From a virus (Duplodnaviria > Caudoviricetes), in IMG/VR virus record IMGVR_UViG_3300036856_000029, positions 1 to 40,393 of that record: a stretch of 40,393 bases of DNA. One strand, given 5' to 3'. Positions within the stretch are counted from its first letter, which is position 1. Every line of letters starts with the position of its first letter. The position numbers and the translations under genes are program-made. The notes beneath the pieces are model-generated. The model saw only the letters and a list, made by a program, of their open reading frames with translations, did not search any database and had not been told where the DNA came from. This document shows, in pieces, positions 7,656-15,052 of this stretch.

Positions 7656-7876
7656 GCTTCGTACTCTCCTCCGGCCGCAAGCCGCGGCGGGTCGATCGTG
7701 TCCGCGTGCTTGTTGAGCAGCTGGGCCAGGTTGCGCGCCTGCGCGGCGGAGAAGACGATGTGTCCGCACCCGTTTTCGTCGGTGAGAAGTTGCGGGTGGT
7801 TGACGACGATCTCTCTCTGATCTGTGGTCAAGCCCACCCATAGGCAGTTGCGATCTGGCGCTGGTGACGTGCTCAT
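7652..7876 (-). CDS. Hypothetical protein
   Basis: 74 aa, coupled. Confidence 0.6.
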   Translation of the reverse strand: MSTSPAPDRNCLWVGLTTDQREIVVNHPQLLTDENGCGHIVFSAAQARNLAQLLNKHADTIDPPRLAAGGEYEA

Positions 7877-8064
7877 TTGTCTTTGTCCTCCTCTACTGGT
7901 TGAAATTGTGTGCAGCTGCAGAGCGGAGCCTGACAGTGATCCGATTTGCAGTTATCGCCGCGCGGGTTGCGGGCTTGGCGCATCTCGTCTTTGTAATACG
8001 AATGCCGGGTGCCGGCGGTGCAGTGCTCCTTGCGCGAGTGGGTGCATCTGCACAGGCCGGTCAC
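7873..8064 (-). CDS. Small Cys/His-rich protein
   Basis: C.C.H....H...C....C....C.C..F. Confidence 0.6.
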   Translation of the reverse strand: MTGLCRCTHSRKEHCTAGTRHSYYKDEMRQARNPRGDNCKSDHCQAPLCSCTQFQPVEEDKDK

Positions 8065-8246
8065 AGGTCCTCGTCGGCCGGCGGCTCGTCGCTCTCCTCG
8101 TAGGGTCCGTCGATCACTTCGGCGTCGAACTCATCGAAAATATCGGGCGTAGCCTCATCCTTGGCGCGTGTAATTGCCTCCTCTTCGCTCTCCGCGTCCA
8201 CCGTGATGCTTCCTTCCCACCGCACTTTGACGTCAAACTTAGACAT
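8061..8246 (-). CDS. DpnD/PcfM-like small acidic protein
   Basis: MSKFDVKV......TVDAESEEEA...A. Confidence 0.6.
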   Translation of the reverse strand: MSKFDVKVRWEGSITVDAESEEEAITRAKDEATPDIFDEFDAEVIDGPYEESDEPPADEDL

Positions 8247-8535
8247 GCTTCTTTCCTCCGGTGAACTCGTCACAGCGGGCGCAGTAGCCCTGGCTAATGT
8301 CGTTGGGGTTGTAGCTCACCGCGCTGCACTTTGGGCACGTGAACGACGGCGCCAGCGTTTGCTGCGTCTTCACGCGTACCAGATAGCGCAGCAGCGCCGC
8401 CAGGCTGTCCGCCTCAAGAAACACCTCATTCGACGTGCTCACGCCATTCGAGGCGAACAGCCGTACCGTCTGGCCGTCGAAGTCGGCATACAGCCCGTCG
8501 CCTAGATATTCCGGCTGGCGCTTCTCGTCGCTCAC
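8239..8535 (-). CDS. Hypothetical protein with C-terminal Zn finger
   Basis: YLGDGLYA..DG; FTCPKC...SYNPND...YC..C. Confidence 0.65.
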   Translation of the reverse strand: MSDEKRQPEYLGDGLYADFDGQTVRLFASNGVSTSNEVFLEADSLAALLRYLVRVKTQQTLAPSFTCPKCSAVSYNPNDISQGYCARCDEFTGGKKHV

Positions 8536-8948
8536 AGCTTCTCCTCTGTCGTGCTCTCCGCGTTGTGCTTCTCGACGCACTCCGGATTGCTGCATACTGT
8601 CTGGCTCTCATCGATCCATGCGCAGCCGCCCTCGCACGCTTGGCCTTCTGTGCATCCGCAGTATTGACAAGCGCCGGGCTTCGCTGGGCGCGTGTGGCCT
8701 GTCAGTATCCTCTCGAGCTCGATCGGCAGTGGGTTGCCGCTCGAGGCCGTGAAGCCCAGAGAGACCGCGCGCTGATCCGGTCCCGCTTTGAAATTTTCGT
8801 CGTGGAAGTACTCGACCTTCAAAGTCCAGCGAACGCGCGTCCCAAAGCGCTGCCACATAATGGACTCCATCGCTGTAGTGACGAGGCGCGCCACAGCTAT
8901 GGCCGGGGGAAGAAACAGAGCAGTGTTTTTCAGCTTGCGCTTCGCCAT
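8532..8948 (-). CDS. Hypothetical protein with Cys-cluster C-terminus
   Basis: C..CGCT...AC.GGC.W......CS..C. Confidence 0.65.
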   Translation of the reverse strand: MAKRKLKNTALFLPPAIAVARLVTTAMESIMWQRFGTRVRWTLKVEYFHDENFKAGPDQRAVSLGFTASSGNPLPIELERILTGHTRPAKPGACQYCGCTEGQACEGGCAWIDESQTVCSNPECVEKHNAESTTEEKL

Positions 8949-10408
8949 CAGAATTTCTCCTCGGGCACCACCTGCTCGCCGTGCGCCTCGCCCTCTTCCA
9001 TGACTACGGCCACATTGCCGCCGGTGTCCACGCGCTCGATCCAGACCTGAAAGCCGTGTTTCTCGGCCTCCTCGGCGACGAGCTGCAGGCTGTCGTCGTC
9101 CAGCAGTGCGCCGTCCGCGATTCGCAGCACCTTCAGCTTCGGATTGCTGGCCATGCCCAGCGCCATCGACACGCGAATCTGCTCGGCGTTCGACGCCTGG
9201 TTGAGCGGCAGCGCGTTGTACAGCACCTCGCCGTCACCGATGCCTAGGCCGGGGATGGGCATCTTCGAGCGCGCGATCGCGGCCTCGCGCTCGTGAGAGC
9301 GTTCCTTCATGCGCTGGTCGATCTGCGCCCGCAGCGCCTCCGCCTGCTCCAGCAACGCTGCGGTCTCGCGGTAGGAGTGCGCGCGCTGGATGGCAGCGTT
9401 CACCTCGTTGGCGTGCTCCAGCTCGCGCGTGAGCTCGAGCACGTCGATCGGCTCGGGGATCTCGATCGCATTCGCGCGCGCCAGCAATTTGCCGGCAGTG
9501 CCGCCCAGCGGCTCCGGGATGATGATCTGGAACGTGACCTGCGCACCGTCGTACGCGTTGGCCCTCTCGATCAGATCGAACGCGGCCTTGCGCTCCCGGA
9601 CCGCATAGTCGGCTTCTCCGCGCGCCTGAGCCTCGAGCTGCTCCCTGGTGCGCTTCGCATTCTCGATCGCGGTGTTGTGGATGTACGCTTCGTTGATCTT
9701 GCGCGAGATGGCATTGGTGTTGATCGGCTCGGTCGGCAGGTCCGCCGGCGGCTCGCTCATCGCCGCTAGTCGCGCCTTCGCCTGGTCGACGCCGCGGCCG
9801 GCGATGCGCCGCTCCTCGTAGTCGGCGCTCTGTGCCGCGTCCAGCGCGTCAATGTCGATATCGAACGTCACCAGCCCGCGCAGCGTCTCCACCTGAGACT
9901 TTTCGTTCATCCGCAGAAACGCGAGAGGATCGAAGCTGATCTTGCCCATGAGCTCGTTGAGCAACGTCTGCGGGTTGGGAAACTGCTCGCGCCGCTTGCC
10001 TTCGACTACCAGCCGCGTGAGGTAGGTATTTCCTTTCTTCGATCCCTCCACGCGCGTGAAGTAGCGCGTGACCCTGAAATCGCCCAGGTCGATCTGCACC
10101 TTGCCGGCGTGTGATCCGGTGCGGATCGGCTGGCTCGGCACCGTGGACGTGCCCGCGAGTCCCCAGGCGATCGCGTCGAGCACTGACGTTTTGCCGCTGC
10201 CGTTCTTGCCGGCGATGACAACCATTGCGCCCTTCGGCTTGATGTGCGCCACGCGGACGCGTTTGATGTTCTCGACGTAGAGCTCAAGGATCTGCAGGCC
10301 CTTCGGCGCGGCCGGTGGCGTCGGCGCGTCTGTCCGCGCGGCGGCGCGGTCCTCCATGATGCGGAGCTCTTCCTGCTTCTCGGCCGGCTTACTTTTTCTC
10401 GGTGCCAT
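8948..10408 (-). CDS. SMC/Rad50-like ABC ATPase
   Basis: VENIKR, Walker A GKNGSGKTS, long coiled coil, signature-like ASNAEQ, Walker B/D-loop LRIADGALLD; start at MAPRK with GAGGAG SD. Confidence 0.85.
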   Translation of the reverse strand: MAPRKSKPAEKQEELRIMEDRAAARTDAPTPPAAPKGLQILELYVENIKRVRVAHIKPKGAMVVIAGKNGSGKTSVLDAIAWGLAGTSTVPSQPIRTGSHAGKVQIDLGDFRVTRYFTRVEGSKKGNTYLTRLVVEGKRREQFPNPQTLLNELMGKISFDPLAFLRMNEKSQVETLRGLVTFDIDIDALDAAQSADYEERRIAGRGVDQAKARLAAMSEPPADLPTEPINTNAISRKINEAYIHNTAIENAKRTREQLEAQARGEADYAVRERKAAFDLIERANAYDGAQVTFQIIIPEPLGGTAGKLLARANAIEIPEPIDVLELTRELEHANEVNAAIQRAHSYRETAALLEQAEALRAQIDQRMKERSHEREAAIARSKMPIPGLGIGDGEVLYNALPLNQASNAEQIRVSMALGMASNPKLKVLRIADGALLDDDSLQLVAEEAEKHGFQVWIERVDTGGNVAVVMEEGEAHGEQVVPEEKF

Positions 10409-10724
10409 TGTGATCTCCTCGGTTGGCTGTGGTGGGTGGTGGCGCATCGGGCTGAATCGTCCAGGTGCGGTGATCGAGATGGAAGCCGGGATGCTCGCGC
10501 ACAACGTCGGCATCGATCTGCGCCAGCTGCTGCTGCAGCTGCTGCGCGGTGTTCTCCGTCTGCTGCTGCTGCGTGGTGTTGGTCGCGATCTCTGCGAGCA
10601 CCGCATTCAGCGCGATCTTCGCGGTGTTGGTGAGCTCGGGCGCCGGGGGAGCTGCAGGAGGCTTGGGCTGCTGCGCGCCGGCGAGGATGACGCCGAACAC
10701 AAACGGAATCAATCTGCGAATCAT
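10389..10724 (-). CDS. Small exported coiled-coil protein
   Basis: AAGGAG SD; signal-like MIRRLIPFVFGVILAGA-Q; Q-rich coil. Confidence 0.6.
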   Translation of the reverse strand: MIRRLIPFVFGVILAGAQQPKPPAAPPAPELTNTAKIALNAVLAEIATNTTQQQQTENTAQQLQQQLAQIDADVVREHPGFHLDHRTWTIQPDAPPPTTANRGDHNGTEKK

Positions 10725-10754
10725 CGGTGGAGCTCCTTGCGTGGTTGGAAGTTT

Positions 10755-10883
10755 TTACAGCTCGCGCCGCATGCGGTGCAGCCGTTCGACTCGTCGCCGG
10801 CGGCGGTCCTCGTTCTCTGCCACGCGTGCGATGTCGAATCCGGCGATGAGCAACACAGAAGCGATAACGAGCAGCGTCAGCAC
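10755..10883 (-). CDS. 42-aa membrane peptide (absent from the ORF track)
   Basis: GAGGAG SD + GTG; MLTLLVIASVLLIAGFDIARVAENEDRRRRRVERLHRMRREL*; fills the gap in the operon. Confidence 0.6.
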   Translation of the reverse strand: MLTLLVIASVLLIAGFDIARVAENEDRRRRRVERLHRMRREL

Positions 10884-11158
10884 GCCGCCCGCTCCTCGAT
10901 GTCGAGCACATAGATGAGGCGGTCCTTGCGTCCGCGCGCCATCAGCAGGGTGCGCAGAGCGCGCGCGATGCGCCCGCCGCGGCCGATGACCTTGCCGATC
11001 TCGCGCGGGGGCACCTTCACGCCGAACGCGATGCGATCGGGATGCAGCTCGGGTTGGATGATGATCTTGTCGGGGTCCCGCTCATCGACCAGGTTGGTGA
11101 TGATGAGCGTGAGCCAGCTGGCGGTGAGAGTGGCTTTCTCTACAGTCTCGGAATTCAT
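10877..11158 (-). CDS. khpA: KhpA-like single KH-domain RNA-binding protein
   Basis: I..LVD..D.I.I, V...EIGKVIGRGGR.ARALRTLL, ..LDI; start MNSET. Confidence 0.82.
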   Translation of the reverse strand: MNSETVEKATLTASWLTLIITNLVDERDPDKIIIQPELHPDRIAFGVKVPPREIGKVIGRGGRIARALRTLLMARGRKDRLIYVLDIEERAAC

Positions 11159-11196
11159 ACCCCTAACGATACCCGTATCGCTAGGGGATATGTCAA
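11159..11196 (-). promoter_or_regulatory. Promoter (probably leaderless) overlapped by a 28-bp palindrome
   Basis: TTGACA, 19 bp, TATCGT, 7 nt, ATG; CCCCTAGCGATAC-GG-GTATCGTTAGGGG. Confidence 0.7.
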
Positions 11197-11205
11197 GGCC
11201 TATGG

Positions 11206-12414
11206 TTATGTGGCGTAAACACACCATGTCAATGTTCTCGGAACGGAACCGCTCGACAGAGAAACGGTCCAATTCGTACCGTTCCATGTCACGCTGCCGC
11301 TTCCAAGCCCGGTGATCTGGCTCGTTCCCAGCAGCTGCGACCCAAGATTCGCATCGAGGATGAACATCGCGGATCCACCGAGAGTGTTGTCTCGCAGCAC
11401 AAGCATCCCCGAAGCGGAGCCAGTGCCGGCAAGCGTTGTCGCGGTGGACAGGGCGGTGACCGACACCGACGAAGTGCCTCCGAATATGACAGCAGTGGAA
11501 GTAGCGCCGGTGATCGTACCGCCCGTCGACACGTTGCCATTCCCGTCGATGGAGAATGAGTTGGGGGTGCCACCGACCACCGTCAGCGTAGCAAAGGCTC
11601 CGATGCCGGGGGTCGTAGTGCCGATGGGGGGAGGAGCCGAGAACAGATTAGTCGTAGTGTCCCAAAAGGCTCCGGTGCTGGGGTTCTCGAAAAGAATGTT
11701 CGGGCCGGCAGCTGTCGCGCCTGCGAGCCGCGTGGCCGCGCCGGCCGTGCCACCGACGATGAAGTCACCCGCCGCGGTCATCGGGTTCCCGAAGCTGGCC
11801 GGGCAGTTGGTGCCTCCCGAGAGACACACCGCAGAGCCGCCGATGGTTGTGCCGGCCGCCAGCGTCGTCGTCGAAGTGGAGCTCAGTGTGGTGAATTTGC
11901 CGGCGGCGGCCGTCGTCTGCCCGACGGTCGTGCCATTGATCGCTCCGCCTGTGATCGCGACGCTGTTGGCGTTCTGAGTTGCCATCGTGCCGAGCGTGGG
12001 CAGCGCGACCGCGGTCTGCGAGGTCACCAGACCCTTCCCGTTCGTCGTGGGCACGCAGAAATGAGTCGAGTCGCCGCACGCTCCGGCTCCGCTGTTGACC
12101 GTCGTCAGCGTGAAGAGCGCGCTGCCTGGCCCGGTAGCAGCTCCATCGCCATGGAGCGCTGTAATCGCGCTCGGAGCCGCCGCCGCAAACCATCCGCTCG
12201 AGCCGCATTGATACTGCGTGTTGGGCGTGGTGCTGGTGTCGAGATAGGGCTGCTCGTAGTTGGCGCTGGTGCAGCTCGCCGCCGGAGCTCCGGAGCCGGT
12301 GGCCAGTGGCCAGTTGACCCCGTTGTTCGGGTTGATCTTCTGCGCGCTAGCTGCCGCTGTACATGTAATTGCAGATGTGAGAATCGCCGTCTTGAGGAAT
12401 GTACCCAGCTTCAT
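11206..12414 (-). CDS. Tail fibre/adhesin-like protein with N-terminal signal peptide
   Basis: G/T/A/S-rich; fibre-type motifs LGTMATQNANSVAITGGAI.GT..G.T....G.FT, NPMT.AGD.IVGG..G...RL; last gene of the virion operon. Confidence 0.65.
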   Translation of the reverse strand: MKLGTFLKTAILTSAITCTAAASAQKINPNNGVNWPLATGSGAPAASCTSANYEQPYLDTSTTPNTQYQCGSSGWFAAAAPSAITALHGDGAATGPGSALFTLTTVNSGAGACGDSTHFCVPTTNGKGLVTSQTAVALPTLGTMATQNANSVAITGGAINGTTVGQTTAAAGKFTTLSSTSTTTLAAGTTIGGSAVCLSGGTNCPASFGNPMTAAGDFIVGGTAGAATRLAGATAAGPNILFENPSTGAFWDTTTNLFSAPPPIGTTTPGIGAFATLTVVGGTPNSFSIDGNGNVSTGGTITGATSTAVIFGGTSSVSVTALSTATTLAGTGSASGMLVLRDNTLGGSAMFILDANLGSQLLGTSQITGLGSGSVTWNGTNWTVSLSSGSVPRTLTWCVYAT

Positions 12415-12964
12415 AGGTGATCACGGCTCCATTGAGAGTGAAGGCGATGCCCGCAGTCATGCGCGCGCCGCTCTTGAACAGGTTGAGGCTCGCGGGTGGC
12501 GACGGCACCTGCGGGAGCGTGAAGGTAGCATTGCCGCTGGTGTCGATCGGCGGGGTGGGCACTACGTCCCAGGCGAAGGTCGGCGTCGGCGTGGGTGGTG
12601 TCGGCGGCGGTCCGGGATAGATCTGCGGTGCGCTGCTCAGGTCGATGGTCTGTGTGCCTGTGAAGCGATACGCGCCGCTCTGCACAATGTTGCCGTCGCC
12701 GTCGAGCACGGTGATCGCGTAGTAGGTCTCCGCCGGCGTCAGCACATCGTTACCCCACAGTGCGACCGAGACGCCGCCGCCGGTGTCGTAGAAGTCTTGA
12801 GGTCCTACCTTCGCGACGTTCGCCGTGCCCGCGATGCAGGGCAGCGTCAGCCCGAAGCCGGCCAGCGCGATGCGCAGCACGGCGGGGTTGGAGGTCGATC
12901 CTGCGGCGGCGCCGGCGATGTCGCTGAGAGTTGCCGTCAATGTGATTTGCGGAGTGGCTGGCAT
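12347..12964 (-). CDS. Putative tail fibre adaptor/virion protein
   Basis: Beta-rich; LWGND.LTP..TYY; Pro linker + small C-terminal beta domain. Confidence 0.5.
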   Translation of the reverse strand: MPATPQITLTATLSDIAGAAAGSTSNPAVLRIALAGFGLTLPCIAGTANVAKVGPQDFYDTGGGVSVALWGNDVLTPAETYYAITVLDGDGNIVQSGAYRFTGTQTIDLSSAPQIYPGPPPTPPTPTPTFAWDVVPTPPIDTSGNATFTLPQVPSPPASLNLFKSGARMTAGIAFTLNGAVITYEAGYIPQDGDSHICNYMYSGS

Positions 12965-12967
12965 AAT

Positions 12968-13432
12968 TTATTCGTAAAAGTTCATCAGTGTCATCGTGGC
13001 GCGGTTGGCGTGATTCTTCGGGTCCTGCACGATGGTCTGAGCGAACCATGGACGTATCGGCCGATTGACGAAGCACCAATACAGGGCGGCGTGTTCCGGC
13101 TCGCACAGGCTGCTCTCGAGGGTTCCACCTTCCGAACCTTCCTCGTCACCGAAGCCGTTCAGCGAGCTCTGCCCGAAATAGATATCGTCGACGTCGCGCA
13201 GCAATCTCTGATATGCGCGGCTGCTCACATCGATCTCGATCTTTTCGGCTGGCTCGTGCGCGTTGCCCTCGTCGGCGGTCTCGATCACCTCGACCCATTC
13301 GCCCCATCCAGCCCGCACGCGATTGCGCAGGCAATAGCAAATCGCCTTCATCTGCTCGAGGCTGCCGCGCGCGCCCGCTTCCCGCACGGCGTACAAAACC
13401 AACATCACCCGGTCCACGTCGCGCTGTGTCAT
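12968..13432 (-). CDS. SleB/Hydrolase_2-like cell wall hydrolase
   Basis: REA.....E.M.AI....RNRV..GW....EVI, ALYW, C-terminal FY. Confidence 0.6.
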   Translation of the reverse strand: MTQRDVDRVMLVLYAVREAGARGSLEQMKAICYCLRNRVRAGWGEWVEVIETADEGNAHEPAEKIEIDVSSRAYQRLLRDVDDIYFGQSSLNGFGDEEGSEGGTLESSLCEPEHAALYWCFVNRPIRPWFAQTIVQDPKNHANRATMTLMNFYE

Positions 13433-13728
13433 GCCGGCTCCACTCGATTCTTCGCTGTCGTGAGCATCCAGTGCACATCGGCCCGCGTGCCTGCGCCCCA
13501 ATGGAAGCCGAGGATTTCCCTGTCTCCGTGCGCGCGCGGTCTGGAGAGGATCACGCTCAGGTCGCGCACGTCGCCATGCTCGCCGCGCTCGATCTCACGT
13601 GTCAGCCGGCGCAGGCCTCCGGTAATGTCCCGATGCGTACCGGCGTCGATTGCGCGCAGCTTGCTCTTGCGCTTCGACTGTCCGCGCGTCTCATCGGGGT
13701 TCGAGCTGGGTAGATAGGTGGATTTCAT
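13429..13728 (-). CDS. Hypothetical protein
   Basis: Start MKSTYL, ATGA overlaps. Confidence 0.55.
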   Translation of the reverse strand: MKSTYLPSSNPDETRGQSKRKSKLRAIDAGTHRDITGGLRRLTREIERGEHGDVRDLSVILSRPRAHGDREILGFHWGAGTRADVHWMLTTAKNRVEPA

Positions 13729-13943
13729 GCCAGATGCACCTTCTGTTTTTGGTTCTCGCGAATGAACTCCTGCATCTGGAACGCCTTCAGACTTTCCCAG
13801 CCTGCATCGAATCCCGCGCGAAACATCTTCTGCGCCGCGTCGATCTGTTCGGCGCTGAGGCCCGCCTCGCGAAACTTTGGCAGCACCTGCGCCGCCCATA
13901 TCTTCTGACACGATTCATTTCGGAATCGATCTTCGTTGTTCAT
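13725..13943 (-). CDS. Hypothetical protein
   Basis: Start MNNEDR, TGATG overlap. Confidence 0.55.
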   Translation of the reverse strand: MNNEDRFRNESCQKIWAAQVLPKFREAGLSAEQIDAAQKMFRAGFDAGWESLKAFQMQEFIRENQKQKVHLA

Positions 13944-15052
13944 CAGTTCACCAGCTCTCCGTTGCTCTTCTCGGTCACTATGTCGAAGCCGGCCATGTCG
14001 GCATTCCGCCGCATATACAACTGCTGCTGATACCAATCCGCTGCGGGGCCGCTGCTCACTGGAAACGCCTTGTGCGCCTCCTCCTCCGTAATCGCGCGGC
14101 TGCGAATCATCGTCAGCAGTGCGGTCCGCCAGCCTACAAACTTCGCGCTGGTCGGCACGCCGAACTCATCGAAGTTCATCTGCATCCACTCGGTGCCAAG
14201 CGGCGCCTGCAGCGTGCCCACGCGCAAGTACTGCGGCACCTCAGCCTCATACGCCTCGCGCTCCAGCAGCATCTCCGAGGCGGTCTGGATCATGTCGCCG
14301 GCGAGATGAAAGCTCTTGTCGGCCTCGGCGTTCACCTTCGCCTTGCGCAGCTTTTTCCCCTTCACCAGCTCCGCTTCGGCTGCCTGCCTCAGCTCGCTCG
14401 CCTTCACCTGCGCGTAGTCGTGCTGGATCGCGGTCTGTCCGTTCCACAGCGGGTTGCGCACCACCAGCGCCAGCAGGCCGCTCTTCGCATTCGCGCTCAG
14501 CTTGATGATGCGATCGTCTTTCAGAATCACGCGGTCCGGCCCGATCACCTTGCACAGCTTCTCGAAGAACTGCCACGGACTGAGCACCTGCCCCTGCCGC
14601 ATCTCTTCGTTCTCTTTGCCCTCCCAGCGCTCCTGTCCCGCCCATTTGTGGCGGTCCTGCTCGGCCGCCAGCATCTCGTGCAGCCGCCAGCGCATCTCGA
14701 TCTCTTCCTCGGGCGTCTTCGCCTGGTCGATCTCCTCGCGCATGCTCTCCATCGCCGCCTGCACGCGCGGGTGACGGCCCAGCTCATTCATCTGCCGCGT
14801 GGCCTGCTCTTCTTTGTGCCAGTCCTTGAAGCTCTGCGGAGCGCCCACTGCAACGCCATCAGTGCCAAACCCGAGAGCAAGACCCAGCCCATCAAGCACG
14901 CGATCGTCTCCACTACGTACGTCTTCCACATATCGTCCCTCGTCGATCTCGACCGCTGCCTTGCGGATCTCCACCTCGGCCGGGTGCGCCTTGGGGCTGC
15001 TCTGATGCCTGCGTGCAATGTGCATCGCCGGGCTCTGCTGTTTGTGGCTCAT
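13943..15052 (-). CDS. Hypothetical phage protein
   Basis: 369 aa, AAGGA SD, coupled. Confidence 0.7.
   Translation of the reverse strand: MSHKQQSPAMHIARRHQSSPKAHPAEVEIRKAAVEIDEGRYVEDVRSGDDRVLDGLGLALGFGTDGVAVGAPQSFKDWHKEEQATRQMNELGRHPRVQAAMESMREEIDQAKTPEEEIEMRWRLHEMLAAEQDRHKWAGQERWEGKENEEMRQGQVLSPWQFFEKLCKVIGPDRVILKDDRIIKLSANAKSGLLALVVRNPLWNGQTAIQHDYAQVKASELRQAAEAELVKGKKLRKAKVNAEADKSFHLAGDMIQTASEMLLEREAYEAEVPQYLRVGTLQAPLGTEWMQMNFDEFGVPTSAKFVGWRTALLTMIRSRAITEEEAHKAFPVSSGPAADWYQQQLYMRRNADMAGFDIVTEKSNGELVN

Noticed and set aside
11206-11600. Diversity-generating retroelement target in the fibre C-terminus
   Set aside because: No reverse transcriptase and no template/variable repeat pair seen
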